Shown piece after piece: positions 25,099-37,814 of a stretch of 64,000 nucleotides of DNA. Numbering within the stretch: position 1 is the stretch's first letter; each line of letters opens with the position of its first letter. A program made the translations under genes and the position numbers. The DNA comes from Lama glama (Eukaryota). The DNA is taken from positions 101,742,001 to 101,806,000 of the forward strand of contig CM052816.1 of NCBI GenBank assembly GCA_028534125.1. The letters run 5' to 3'. The notes below the pieces were generated by a model that saw only the letters and a list, made by a program, of their open reading frames with translations, searched no databases and was not told where the DNA came from.

Positions 25099-28000
25099 AA
25101 ACGAGCACACTGGCAAGAATACATACCTACTTAAGAAAGAGTTCATTTGCTGAAGACACAAAACTAGTACCTTCGTTTTCAAATCTTCACTTATCTGAGA
25201 AGCGACTTGAAGGTTCTGTTCAAACATCTAAAAGTTGGAGAACTTATGAATTCTGATGCAAACTCACAAGAGTGCAAGTTTCCCATTATGTAAGCCCCCA
25301 TCTGCTGCCTGGTAGTTAAGATGATCCAAATTCAGAGAAAAAAACGAAACCGCTTGAAAAACAATAAAGCTAGTTAAACAAACAAAACTTTCCCGCTGTG
25401 TAAAACCTAGTGAATCATTTCCTCATCACTTGCAAACGGCTAGCCCACAAAGGGGGCAGTGTGCGTTCTCACCAGGAGACGAGGGGCCTGGGGATCGGGG
25501 TGGCTGGGGTCGCATGGGAACCAGGGGCTGGGCTGTCATTTGTGACGTGGGTTTCCTGAGAACTAGGACACACAGGAGCTGAGGGGAGCCAGATGTGGAA
25601 AGATGGAGAAGGGCCAGAGGGCAGAGCTCACCCCAGAATGAGGGGAAGGGGGAGCCCGGTGTGCCACTGACTAGCAGGATCACCCAGAGCCCGGCGGGCG
25701 GCCAAGCCGTGTCAGCAGAAGGAGACCATCCCAAGTCGACTCAGCCCACCCACCACCAGCTACTGTTATCAGAGGAAGGTGGGCGGCCAGGAGAAGAAGG
25801 AAAGCAGGGGACACCAGCAGGTGCCGGGCACCGAGAAGTAGGCCAGCTGCGAAAACGCACTCGTAGTGACGGCTGAAATCTAGAGGACTTGTCCCTAAAT
25901 GCGTCAGCTTACGCACCTAGGTGGCATTCACGAAGACAAATCCTGGGCAGTTACATCGAGAAACAAGCAAGCAAACTCAAACCTGAGCACCACACACACG
26001 TAACATATAGTCAGGTTCCAGCTTAAGACCAAATACATCAGGAAAACAGCAACAGCGACCATGGGACTGCGGAGCGCTGGCAAGCCCGGCCCCCGGGTCC
26101 TCAAATCCAGAGAGCGGCAGGCTCTCGCCATCTCTGCACAGGCAGGCTCGTGTGCTGCAAGCCCGCAGACCCAGGCCGCGCAGGAGTGGCCCAGGCCAGG
26201 CGCACCTGGAAGACGATGGCGGGGAGCGTGGTCTGGTAGTAGCCGTCCTGGTCGGCTTCAGGCTCAGTCTCCTTCACCCAATCCTTCCGGTCTGTTTCCA
26301 GGGCCTTCCGCAGCCAGGCAATGATGTTCGACTGGGCCAGGAAGGGAGAAGACAACAGGCTCGGAGTCAGTGGGCCGCTCTTCAGCGGAACAGCTGCAGA
26401 GGGAAGCCCTGTCCCCAGACAAGGGGACACCAGGTGGGGCCACCCCTCGAGCCACCTCCACTGGGCGGTGCCCCCCAGCCTCTGTCGACTTAACCCTTTG
26501 GACGACGGTCATGCTGGAGGCAGGCCCATCCCTGGAGACCAGACCCACCACTGTCACCTCAGGAGCACAGGGCTGCCCTGCTTCCCAGCACTGCCTCAGA
26601 GCCCCGGTCAGCACTGGCTGGTGTCAGGCTCACCATGTCCCAGGAGCAGACCCCAACCATGGCATCTTACTCTGGGGCCACCTGGAGGTCACCGGGCAGC
26701 ATTCCATCCCCTGCCTGCCCTCCTCCCACTCCCAGGCTCAGCACTGAGACCGGCAGACTCATCCTCCAGACAGAGGAGGTTCCCACTTGCAGGATGGATG
26801 CCCCAGACAGCTTCTAAATCCAGGGCCAGAGAAGGGCCACTCTCCTCTCCTCAGCTCGCTGGCAAACACACGTCTCCGCACCCACTTTCCAGAAACAGCC
26901 CTCACGTGCTTGGGAAGCCAATGCCAAGACAGGGTCCGGCGCCTGCCCTTGCCCCCTGGCTGTCTGTGCACCAGACACCGCCTGCCTGGGACGTTCGCCT
27001 CCCACTCACAGTCAGCGTCGACATGTACGTGTCCAGCAGCGCAGAGACCACGTTCGGAGAAAGCAAAGGCTCCAGGTTGCTGGCGTCCACCTCCGGGACC
27101 AGCTCCGCGTTGCCCATCATCTCCGCACTACGGGGAAGACCAGGGGTGAGACAGACCCGCTGCAGGCCAACAGCGCGCTCTGCTGCCACTTCAGACATGC
27201 AAATGCCCAGCCACCCTCAAGGCGGTGCGAGGGGAGGCAGGCCTGGCCGCCAGGGGCAAGGCGTCTGCTCCCCCAGGGGTGCCTCCAGGGAGACTGGGGC
27301 CTGGCAGACAGGAGGTGCTGAAAGGACAGCAGTGCTGTGGTCAGGGAACAACAGACAAGCACTAAGGTTGACACTGCTGATCCCTGCAAGGTGACAAGGA
27401 CCCAAGGACCGGAGCAGAGAGCATGTGATGTTCATGCTGACATATGAGGCAGCAAGGAAGAGCGTCTCGTGCCTAGGAAGACAGGGATGTGGACCGAGCC
27501 TCAGAAAAACATTTTTATAAAAGACAGCTAATACCTAGGGGTGTGGCTGGGTTCCTGTAAGTCCAAGGTCCGACTGCTCAGAAAATTCATGCCTTATCCA
27601 CAAGAATTTGGAATGACAGTACTAACAGCTAATCCACTACCCACAAGAAATCTAAGGTCCTCCTGAGTGAGAAAATTCTGCATGAAAGTCTGCAAATGCT
27701 AAAAAACTGTTTACCATCTAGATTATTTTTGCCCAAGAACTGTAATTCAGCCTGAAAATGTGTCTAGCATGAAAGCAGTTCAACTTTCCTTGTGAGGAAG
27801 TCCCACGTGACAGAACGTGGTGACCCACACGAAGCTGTCAGAGAAGTTTCAAATGACAGACCACCACCTAGGACGTGCTGCATGAACCGCGCGGGCGCAC
27901 AGCGCTCACCCAGCAGCTGGGCCGGAGCACAGGCACGCCCAGAGCCCGGACTCCAACCTGCTCCCCAGCCCCAGCCGCACGCCCTCGGGGGTGGTCCTCC

Positions 28001-31000
28001 CTGTGCCTCAAATCCCTCAAGTCCACGGGACGGTGGCTGTGCCCCTCAGGGGTGGCCCACCGGGACCCGCGTGCAGGAACCCCAGATCACGGGGGGCAGC
28101 GCAGGAGGCGATGAGGCCCGGGCCCCACACGGTAAAGCCGCACCACCATGGTGGTCACGGTTCCTTCCTTTACAATGTTCTGTGGAAAATGCACATATCC
28201 TTTATTATAAATAGTTACCGAGAAACAAAACACGAACAGAAATACCCCAAAATCTCCTGCTAGAATGAGAGGCTTACTTAAGCTCTAAGTAGCAACAAGA
28301 CAGGCTGGGATACTGTGTCCTCCCCTCTGCAGGCCCCTCCTCAAGCACCGCCACCACGGGGAGGGCCTTTCAGACCCTCCCTCAAGCTGAGACGTGCACA
28401 AAGTGGCTCGCGCCCCTTTTACGACAAAACCTTAATTTAAGGCTGAAATGCAGAAAAGACACTGGTCTTCCCAGCACAGCGGCAGGAAGAAAGCAAACGC
28501 AGGGTTGTCAGAGCCAGGAGAAGCCAGATGACTCTGTGCAGGTCATGGGGCGTCACGGGACCAGTGGGTGACCCCCCACCCCTTGCTCAGGTGCTACCAA
28601 GGGAGGAAGCGGGTCAGCGCGGTGAGTACCTGGCGTCAGCACAGCTGAAGTCCAGGGCCTAGGCACCACCCACACCAAAGCACGCGCCCGCAGGGCGGGG
28701 CCCGGCCTGGGGAGCAGACAGGCCAGGAGAGAGACCCATGAGCCAGCAGACGCCTTGAGCGAGACGACCCGGCAAGTCTCACAGCTGGACGAGACAAGAA
28801 GTACACAGTGCGAGGGCGCGGTTACCTCGTGTAGGTGTTCAAGACCCATGTCAACAGGCTCACGATCTCGTTGGCTTCCAGGTCTTCCGCAGCGAGCTCC
28901 TGCATGCGTGTGCTCAGGGCCTGGCGGTACATGCGCAGGAGGTTGCTGAACATCTCGTAATGGGGAGGGAAGCACTGGGCCATCAGGTTCTTGGCGACAA
29001 TGAGGTCATCCAGGACGTACTTCCGTATGATCTCCAGGTGGCGAACAAGCCACATCCTGTCGGACTCCCTGGTGCCTGCCTGCGTGCCCTCAATCCTCGT
29101 GGTCACAGTTCTGTCCAGGACGGTGAACATCTTCTCCTTCCAGTTCTTGGGCCGCCCTGGAGGCACAAAGCCAGTCTGCTTCTTCCGGTCAAGTATGCGC
29201 CTGTCGATTTTCTCTTCCCTTTCGATGATTCTGACGACTGAGACCAGCAGGGTGGGGTCCCGGCGAACAGTGCCCAGGCACCTCTGCAGCACCATCCACA
29301 GCTGCTTGGCCAGCTCGTCTGAGAGCGCCTGCGTGCTCCCGAAGTAGCTGTGGATGAGGCTCATGTCGCGCGTGTTCCCGCTGTCCATGCGGTACTGCTC
29401 ATGCAGCAGCCCGTCCCGGGAGCACTCCAGGTCCATCAGCTTCCGGTGGGCCTGCAGGAGTGCCCCTTGCTCTATGAGGTCCCGCGTCTCCCTCACGATC
29501 TCGGGCACTAGGGTAGAGACACAACAGCACTGAGAAAGCCCAGACGAGGGACCACGCAGGTTCTGGGCAGACGGCGGGGACGGGAGCCCCGGGAGTCCGC
29601 CCCCACCTGCACGACCCCTGCACGGACAGAATCTAAGTAACTCGGAACTCCAGAGTCTACTGGGCCCTTGAGGCTTCCAGGGGAGGCCTGGACAGTGAAT
29701 TGTGGGCGATCTGGGTGTATTTCAGCTCTTAGCACAGTAGCAGTTACCCACCCCCCATCCCTCATCCCCACCACCCCTGCCACGTGTTCCCGGAGCAGCT
29801 TGCAGACAGCTTAAGGGGGCCAAGGTTGGCAAGAAGGATGCTGTCCTCCAAACGCTGGGGATCTGTGCTCCGGCTGCTGACCGCTGCTCTGGTCACAGAG
29901 GTGCCGACACAGAGGCGGGGCCGCTGCTGCGCATCCACCTCTGGCTGAAGTGGCTTCCAGGGGGTTTAAAGGGCTGCTGCCGTTTTTTCCCTTCGTTTTT
30001 CTCTTTTTCCCTTTTGGAAACCAGATGCTAAAGACCAAGACATTCAAAAGCAGCCTCATCTACAGGGGAGCTCAGAAAGTGACTGCAAATGACCAGCAAA
30101 GGCACAGCTTCAGAAAAGACCTAAGAAAACCCTTGAGTTTACACCTCAGCCTGTTCCTCAACAGAGACAGCCTACAACAATCAAAAACAAAAACAAAAAA
30201 CAAAAGCCAGCATACCCTGGGAAAGAGGAAAATCTGATTCCCAGAGTCACCACGATACTGGACCCAAACATCTGGTGTTTAACAACAAGAGCGTCACAAG
30301 GCGCACAAGACGGAAGGAAGCACAGAGATTCAAAGGGAAAATAAACCCATAGAAACCATCCCTGAGAAAGACTAGACCGTGGACTAAAACAAGATCTCTG
30401 AACAACTCAAAGATGCTCAAAGAACAAAAGGAAAATGTGGAGGAAGTCAAGAAAAGGATACATGAACAAAATGGAAATACCCATGAGAAGACAAGAAACC
30501 TTAAAAGAAACCAAAAACTTCTGGTGGTAAAAAAGTACAATAACTCAAGTGAAAATCTTACTTTAGGGATTCAAAGGCAGATTTGAACAAGCAGAAGAAA
30601 AAAGTCAGCAAACATGAAGACAGGACAAGAGAAATGACCAAGTATGAAGAACAGAAAGAAAAAAGGACTGAAAAAGAGTGGACGGAGCCCGAGGGACCCG
30701 GGGGACACCATCTGGCAGACCCAGTGCAGACCCAGTGCAGACCGCGGCAGCCCCAGAAAAGGAAGAAAGGGGCAGAGCAAGCTCAGGCACACCTTGCTTT
30801 CTTCAGCCTCACTTAGCACACATTACAGGTACTGTGCAGTTTCACAAACTGCAGGAAGTGCTGCCGGCCAACAGGAACGACAGGAGAAGAGAAGTGGGCC
30901 AAGAAGGCTGCGAGACGTCACGAAGGAGACTCTGGCAGGGAGACAGTCCCAGTCCAGGCAGCTAACAGTCACCGAGAGGAGCTGCCCCCGAGCACCCACT

Positions 31001-33967
31001 GCGGAGTCAGCAGTGGTGTCACTCCCGAGAGACTTGAGAAGGGCCCCGGAACACAGCCTCAGGAAGACGGGCATGCACAGGGGAATGGGGCCATGCACTC
31101 AACGATGCTGCTGGCAGACACAGGCGTAGGGTCCAGAAGAATGGGGTGGAACAGAACGCAGACTACCACAGTGTGACAGGGCAGCAGCAAGGCCACCATG
31201 CAGTGGTTAAGTGGAAGGGAACACTCAGGGCCAAGCAGAGCTGGGGGAAGTGCAGACATGTCTGGGGAAGGCCAGAGAGAACCTGCTGAGACCAGACAAG
31301 AGATAAGGGAAGGCAAGGGTTAGACCATCCCAGGGCTTCTTGCTGGGATGCTGGTGACCCTGGCAGAGGCTAGGGAACAAGTGGAGGGACAGACCCTGGG
31401 GATGGAGCCTGAGGGGGCCATGCTGAACATAACCAGGAGCCCCAGAAGGGAATTCCTGCCAACACTGATCCCAATCAGGCCACGGACACTCCTCCTCCTG
31501 CTGATTCTCAAAGGTCCCTCCCTTGCCCTCTTGCCCGTAGGCCCTCCCCTCGGCCGGGCCGGAGGACCCCGCCAGGCCCGCTCCAATACTGACAGAGACT
31601 CCAGGGCACGCCCCACCCCGTGTCCCCTCTCTCTCCTGCCTCTGTCCTGTGCACACCCTCCCTCTGCCTGGACACAGCGTTGCTTCTCTCACAGACTGCG
31701 AGCTCTTCCCAGATGTGTGCTGCACCTCTATTCCCCTGCACCAGCAGGGCCCGGGGGAGCTGCCCTGCAGCTGAGGAAGGCCGCTTACGCGGCGCCTGTC
31801 TGTTACCCACGGCGGTGCCTCTGTCCTGACAAATCAGAACCATGAGCCACCTTCTAGTCTTTACCTACTCAACTGACCATCCACCCCCGTTCAAAACAAG
31901 AACCTGACTGTGCAGGCAAAAATCACACCTCTCACCCACTCCAAGCAGGTTCACAAACACACCACTCCCGTATCTCCCACAGAGCAAGCAAACATGTGAG
32001 CCGTGGGGAGCACAGTGGCCCCGCCCAGTCCGCTACCTGAGAAGATGTTCTTGAGGTTCTCCACGGCTGCAGCAAGCTGGCTGTGCCGCACGACGGCGTC
32101 CTTCACGTCCTTGAGGCTCTCGATGGTGTTGATGCTCTGCCTCCAGTCCTGGCTGACGTCGGCCAGGGACTGCTGGATGTCTTTGACATCGCTCAGCGCG
32201 CTGTGGAGCTGGCTCAGGCCTGTGCGCACCCCGTCCAGCTGCGACTGGATTGCAGCCTACGGAAGACATGGCCGGGGCGGGGGTAAGTGGAACTGGGACA
32301 GCCATGGACAGATGCAGGGAAGAGAAGCTTCAGAGCAGGGAATAGTCAATGCCCAGAGCAGAGAGTAAAGTCCAATAAGGATTTGAGTCACGGGGAACTT
32401 CTTTTTTCATTGCTGCCTTAGCACAGAACCAGGCTTTCACAGCTTTGCTGGGAAAACCTCACAGTTCCTCATCTAGCCTTCAGCCTGAAAATGTGGGACA
32501 CCACCGTGGGGACACCCCAGGTGGTGGCTGCCCCTGAAATGGCATCCTTAGGACTCTAAATATGATCTCCCGGGCAACCCTCGGTTTCCTAACAGGCCTT
32601 GTCTAGAGGGAGAAACTGTCAGGATTTGCTCATCAACCTGAGGGGAGAGGGGTGTCCAGCCATTCAGCCAGAACCAGGCTCAGCCCCAGGATGGCCGGCC
32701 CCACTGCACAGAACTGGTACGTGTGAGACTCAGACTCACACTGAGGGCCCAGGAAATGCCCCCCGGGGAGCTGCACAGTCAGAAGGGAGAGGGAGGCAGA
32801 AGGGAGAGGGCAAGAAGGAGCAGCAGCATGTGGACAGAACAGGCAGGGAGAGCCCAGGCAGCACAACCAAAGCCAAGAACACCTTCCACCCAGGAGTGCT
32901 AACTTGCGTTTCAGAGTAATTAACAACAGACTGCACAAGGTTTCTAAGTCACTACTGATGACCGTTAGTTAACCCCATGAGATTCTAAAACAGACTAAAT
33001 TTCTGAATAAAAATATAACAAGTCCCAACTGTTTTTTAAATTGATATGAAATTGTTTCAAATTAGTCGAACAGGTCTTTGATTGCTTCGATGGCACAAAT
33101 GAAGGATCCTCCTCCTGTCTCATCACACCTGCCATTACCTGGATGCTAATGACGTGATGTTTCAGAGACGTGACCTCATCGCCATATCCGTGTGAGAATT
33201 AACTTCCTCAGAGGCAATCTCTTAAATCCTCAAGACTGTTGCGTTGCCAGTCCACTACAGCAGGCTCCTATATTACCGTTTTTATAACTATATCAGATGT
33301 GCATTATTTTAATAAAACCTCATCTCTCCACATGAATTGTTGAAAGCCAATCGAAATCATAAAAGACTGGTTTTCTTTTTTGCCTCACTCTCACACACTC
33401 TAATAAATGTGAATAGCTCTTCTACTTCCTACCCCACAGCCCGCAGAGCGCCTGGCACAGCCAGCCTACTGCTGTGTGTGCTGAATGATCTAAACAAAAT
33501 GCCCTCTGGAGACCGCTGGTAGAAGAGCTTTCAATAAATAAGAAAAGCTGTTATTATTCTAGTGCTTTTCAAAAAGTGAAATGCATACTTCCATGCTTAA
33601 AAAGGTTCCTTCAGTGCTCTCAATACTCCCATCGCCTTCCCTGTAAATCTACTGATTGGCAGTATATTGTTGGAAGGAAAGTCCTAAGTAAAGGTAGCCT
33701 TCAAGTCTGTCTCTCTTCGTATCTTCACAATGATGCTGTTAAGCAGGAACCTGAAGGGCGAAATAAAAGGCCCTGTCCCGCCTGGGAGTGAAGCAGGTGC
33801 CCGTGGCCACTCTGGTCTTATACCTTCAATCTGGCCTCCACAGAGGCCTTCTTCCGGGCCTCTCTTCTGCGATACTGCTCCACTTTGTCCAGCTGGTCCG
33901 GGCGCTGAAGCATCCCAGCAACCCTCTGGACCGCTGTTGCAACAGCCTCTCGGTCCGTCTCCTTCAT
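17946..33967 (-). CDS. EXOC3: Exocyst complex component 3 (Sec6), complete spliced CDS, 12 coding exons, 2238 nt = 745 aa
   Basis: Starts [32 protein letters not shown] and ends [18 protein letters not shown]. All junctions are GT/AG and in phase. Confidence 0.98.
18779..18906 (-). CDS. EXOC3: EXOC3 exon 12 (128 bp)
   Basis: [42 protein letters not shown]|gtaagg. Confidence 0.96.
19343..19504 (-). CDS. EXOC3: EXOC3 exon 11 (162 bp)
   Basis: [25 protein letters not shown]...FLFRKLAS|gtgagt. Confidence 0.96.
21501..21623 (-). CDS. EXOC3: EXOC3 exon 10 (123 bp)
   Basis: [41 protein letters not shown]|gtaaga. Confidence 0.96.
21850..22280 (-). mobile_element. Old LINE-1 3' fragment
   Basis: AT-rich block with antisense L1 3'-end motifs (aatgctgcaatga, ttcctaaaagtggaactgct, tttgatctgcatttctctga). 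Boundaries approximate. Confidence 0.6.
22860..23010 (-). CDS. EXOC3: EXOC3 exon 9 (151 bp)
   Basis: [18 protein letters not shown]...[10 protein letters not shown]|gtgggc. Confidence 0.96.
23093..23203 (-). CDS. EXOC3: EXOC3 exon 8 (111 bp)
   Basis: [36 protein letters not shown]|gtgagg. Confidence 0.96.
25056..25095. repeat. (AC)20 microsatellite in EXOC3 intron 7
   Basis: Direct reading of the sequence. Confidence 0.97.
25127..25227 (-). CDS. EXOC3: EXOC3 exon 7 (101 bp)
   Basis: tttag|[33 protein letters not shown]|gtatgt. Confidence 0.95.
26206..26331 (-). CDS. EXOC3: EXOC3 exon 6 (126 bp)
   Basis: [42 protein letters not shown]|gtgcgc. Confidence 0.96.
27010..27127 (-). CDS. EXOC3: EXOC3 exon 5 (118 bp)
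   Basis: [39 protein letters not shown]|gtgagt. Confidence 0.96.
28826..29507 (-). CDS. EXOC3: EXOC3 exon 4 (682 bp)
   Basis: [15 protein letters not shown]...[10 protein letters not shown]; ORF 28822-29508; tag|...AG|gtaacc. Confidence 0.98.
30180..31220 (+). mobile_element. Old LINE-1 ORF1-region fragment (degenerate)
   Basis: A-rich + strand with L1 ORF1-like motifs (gggattcaaaggcagatttgaacaagcagaagaaaaa...gaagacagg). Boundaries approximate. Confidence 0.65.
32037..32256 (-). CDS. EXOC3: EXOC3 exon 3 (220 bp)
   Basis: [21 protein letters not shown]...ENLKNIFS; tag|...G|gtagcg. Confidence 0.96.
33824..33967 (-). CDS. EXOC3: EXOC3 exon 2 coding part (exon probably starts at 34014)
   Basis: gccATGAAGGAG...TTGAAG|gtataa; MKETDREAV...SVEARLK. 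Confidence 0.96.
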
Positions 33968-34002
33968 GGCTGCAAAGCAGGCAGAATCCCTGCACCTCTC
34001 AT
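33964..34002 (-). other. Out-of-frame uORF ([12 protein letters not shown]) whose stop overlaps the EXOC3 start (AUGA)
   Basis: Direct translation of the predicted exon 2 5'UTR. Confidence 0.6.
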
Positions 34003-34799
34003 ACTAGAGGTGCCCTGTGTGCCAACCAGGCAGGGAACAGGAGGGGAAGATGCATGAGGAAGGTAGAAATGTTAAGTATAAAACTCACCCCCTCCACCAA
34101 CAATCAGCTGCTCATTGTGGAGCTACAGGGAGAGCATTTGGGATCATTAATCCAATAAACCTGAAAGAAAGCTTAACTCGGATTATGAACTCCTTGGTAA
34201 GAAATACAAACGTTCAAATTCAGTTTTACCTTTAACTGGACAAAGGGCAACTATAGGTATTAACATAAGGAGGACTTCTCTATGTGGACCCCAGACCCCT
34301 CATCATGTATCAGTATCCAAGGCACTGCTCTCCCCGAGATGGGTCCGCTTTCTCATTTCCAGAGCCTTCACTTAATATGCCGGCGGGGCGGCTCTGCCAG
34401 GGAGCCTCAGTGAGGACACAGGAGCACGGGGACAGCTCACACTTCACCACGCCCAGCTTAAGTTCCAGCACCGTCACTGTCTGCATTACCCCAAATTCTA
34501 TTTCCTACTGCAAACACAGGTGAGAGGGCAAAAGGCACTCTGCTCAGACACAGCATACAGCGCACAGGTGCTCAGATACCGAGCCAGCCTGCCTTCATGC
34601 CAGCTCCACGGACACCCCCACCAGGGCGACAGGGGAGCGGTGAGCGCCCGGCAGAGGAGGGCTGACTTCAGCCGTCAGACGTCCCCTTCCACGCACGCTT
34701 CCTGCGCAGAGCTTCTCGGAGACGTTTCTCACTCCCCATTCCCACACGTGTCGGAGACCCCAAGGGTCCCGAGAAAGAGGGCCCCCATCTGTACACGAG

Positions 34800-35620
34800 T
34801 GCCCTTCTGCGCTCACGGGGCTGGTGCGGCCGCCGTCTGCCCTCGCTCCCTTCCCTGATCACGGCCGCCGGCGCGCGGGGCGGGACACACGGCCGTCAGA
34901 GGCGGCGCCCGACGGCCCCCTGCGGCCGCGCGCCCCCTCGCCCGGCGCCGCGCAGGCAGCTCTGCACCTGCTCCTTCCCTCCGTCCCCTGGCGCGTCGTC
35001 AGCCTCCCCTTGGAGCCCCACAGCCGCCCGCGCCGCCTCCGGGCCGCGCCCGCACCCGCTGGAGCCCGGGGAAGGGACAGCGGGAGGGGACAGCGACCCC
35101 CACCCAGCACCGCCCGCCCGCCGGACCGCGGCAAGCCCCTCACCCTGCGCGCCGCCGCCGCCGCCCGGAAATTAGCGGCCGAGGGCGCTTCCGCTTCCGG
35201 CCTCGCGACCGGAAGGGCGGGGCCTGGGCGGCCCTGGCCGCAGGCAGAGGGCTGCGGGCACCGGCACCGGAGGGTCCTCGCTGAGCGTGGGCGAGATCGC
35301 GGGCCCGGGGGGCCCGGGAGCGGGGAGCCCGGGGCTGACGCGGCGGGGCTGGAGCCCGAGGGGCGCAGAGCCGGGCGGCGGCGCGGTGAGGGGCAGGGGC
35401 GCGAGCGCGCGCAGCGGACACACAAACACACGTGGACACGCAGACACACACACCACGTGAACATACACAGACCCCGTACACGCCCCCCCACGCCACACAC
35501 ATGGGAGCGCGTGCGGGTGAGCACACGCGTGCAGACGGGGCAGGGCGGGGAGGTGGAGGTGCGGGAGCCCCCATTGCTGCCTCCGAGCACACCACAGCCT
35601 GCCAGTCAGCCGAGCGGCGG
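34800..35620. promoter_or_regulatory. EXOC3: EXOC3 CpG-island, TATA-less, likely bidirectional promoter
   Basis: Tandem ETS/GABPA sites (cttccgcttccgg 35188-35200; ccggaag 35209-35215), TCGCGA core at 35203-35208, GC box at 35215-35222. The human orthologous promoter is shared with EXOC3-AS1. Confidence 0.85.
35144..35200 (-). other. EXOC3: EXOC3 non-coding exon 1 (5' end approximate)
   Basis: Donor GCGCAGG|gtgagg at 35144/35143 inside the CpG island, next to ETS motifs. Confidence 0.7.
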
Positions 35621-35699
35621 TCACCTTCCAAGGCCCATCACCTTACTAATCCCTCTGCGAGCTGATCCCAGTATTGTCTCATCTGTCCCTAGTAATTTA

Positions 35700-36600
35700 T
35701 GAAAACAGCACCAAACTGAGCAATGAAGGATGTGAACAAAAAGGTAAAATTATGTTTGAAATTATAACTGTAGAACATTTGGAAACATCCTCAGTGCAAG
35801 AGTGGGCCAGGGAAAACAAAGATCCCCCAAAAGCAATTTATCCCAGGTACTGGGATCCTTGGGTCAGGAAAGGCCCCCCAAGAACTCCTAGCTGGGGGCC
35901 TGCACTTCACTTGGGTTTCGTGCCTCCTCAGCCTGGAAGCTCTCACTGAAACCCCTCAGCAGAAGCAAGTCAGGAGCATTTCTAGAAAGGGCCCCCCAGC
36001 CTCCGTGGGAGTAAAGAGAGGAGGGAGATGGTGTGTTTCTACAGCGTCCTGAGATCCTGTCTATTCTGGGAGAACAGGAATATTGATTAGCCTTGGCTTC
36101 AGCTTTATTAGATCTGCAGAGAAAAATGCAAGCATCCCATAGGGACAGTAGGAAAAGAAACGCCCAAGGATCATGTGTAACTACAAAATAAGGGCTAGAA
36201 ATATGTTCAAATATACCAATTTTCAGAACACAAGTAAATGGATTTTAAGACAATCAGTTATTTATGAGAAAAACATATGAATCATAAATGGACAGAATGA
36301 TTAGATGTGGAGGGGGTTTGCACACTGGCTAGTCCAGGCTCAAAAAAGCTGGTGTGGCAATATTAATACTGGAAAAAATGGGCTTTAAGTCAGAGGAGCT
36401 GTCAGAGTTATTTTAAGATGCAAAACACATAAACCATGAAGAAGAAGATAGTTTGCTGTGCTAAAATTTTAAACTGGTACTTTTTTAAAGAAATCAGTAA
36501 ATGAAAACACAAGCCACAGACTGAGAGAGAATCTATAACTAACGAAATGCTGCTTCCCTTAATTTTAAAATAACACCCACAATTCAACCAAAAAGGGGCA
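35700..36600 (+). mobile_element. Degenerate LINE-1 fragments between the AHRR 3' end and the EXOC3 promoter
   Basis: A-rich, with L1 ORF2-like aaaaagctggtgtggcaatattaatac...ctttaag. Confidence 0.45.
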
Positions 36601-37814
36601 AACAAGTGTAGGACAGACGGTAGAGGACCAGCCAAGACTCAGGAAGGAACCACGGCACTGGCATGGTCCTTAGGGAGGCCCCGGGGCCCACTCCTGCCCT
36701 GCAGCCCATGCGACCTTGGAACCACAGCCCAGGGTTGCTTCCACTGGAAGCCCTGCCCTGATCCCCTCTCACTCAGACCTGCCCGTCCCCACCCTCTCCT
36801 CACCCTCTGGCTCCAGCCCACAGGCCATCTCCATCCCTACCCCGTCTGCTGTTCCTGTCAAGGCTCAAAGGCTGCCTTGCCCACAAAACCACCACCTGGG
36901 CTACAAGACCCCAGCTAATCCATTTGTGCAGCACCCATCCCCTTCTGATGCCTTACAGAACTTGCATGGTTCTTTGGTCACTTGTCTGTCCCCATCCACT
37001 GTGCACATGCCTGGGGAACAAGCCATCAGCAGTAACAGGGTAGGTGGTGGTAGAGTCATGTGACGGAGCAAAAATGAGTGACATCCATCTACAGGTCTCC
37101 ACACAGATGGGTCTGAAGACCACAGATGACAGGGAGGGTGCAGGGGAGGGCAAGCTGGGTGGGGGCCACTCGGGATGGGGAACAGCTGGGTTAGACCCAG
37201 GAGATGGGGGCAGGTTGGCCTGGTCTCCCCTGGGAAGGACACGGGAGTCTCAGAGTAAGGACCAGGGTGGTGGCCTGCAGGGCTGCAGGAAGGAGGCCAG
37301 GGCTCCACCTGCAGCAGCAGAGCAGGTCCGAGCTCAGGGCACTAGAAATGTATTCAGTTTTGGGAGTGCTCTTTGACCAAACCGAGGAAACAAAACACAT
37401 CTCACTTGGTCTTGAGGGGGTCTCTGATGACCCCCTGCCCCTTCCCATGCACCTGTCACCAGGTCCTGGGCAGGGCGGGGCTGACCCCAAGGGTCCCCCC
37501 AAAACACGCACAACACGGGGCCAGGCTCTGCTCCCCACAGGATAAGTGGGTTCTGGGGTGTCCTGAAGACACCTGGGAAGGCCCCCTGCCCTCAGTGATG
37601 GGCAGGAGTGGGGCTGGAGGGAAAGGGAGAGTGCCTGAGAAAGTGCCGCTGGGAGGGCGTGGCCAGGGGCTGTCAACCTCCTTTGTGTCCACAAGGCCCC
37701 ATTGAGAGCTGAAGGACGCTCTTGGAGTGTTAACTGGCCCACACACACTTTGAAGGAAATAGAGTGATTTCATTTGGAGAATCAAGTAGATGTTTCCACT
37801 TACGTGTACTAACA

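Noticed and set aside
26321-27394. 357-aa ORF on +
   Set aside because: Antisense to EXOC3 exons 5-6 and the intron between them. No recognisable domain; composition typical of chance GC-rich ORFs.
34824-35702. Long ORFs (292 aa +, 243 aa -) at the EXOC3 promoter, and a possible EXOC3-AS1/C5orf55 product
   Set aside because: CpG-island chance ORFs with non-ATG starts. No transcript or conserved peptide can be supported from the sequence alone.
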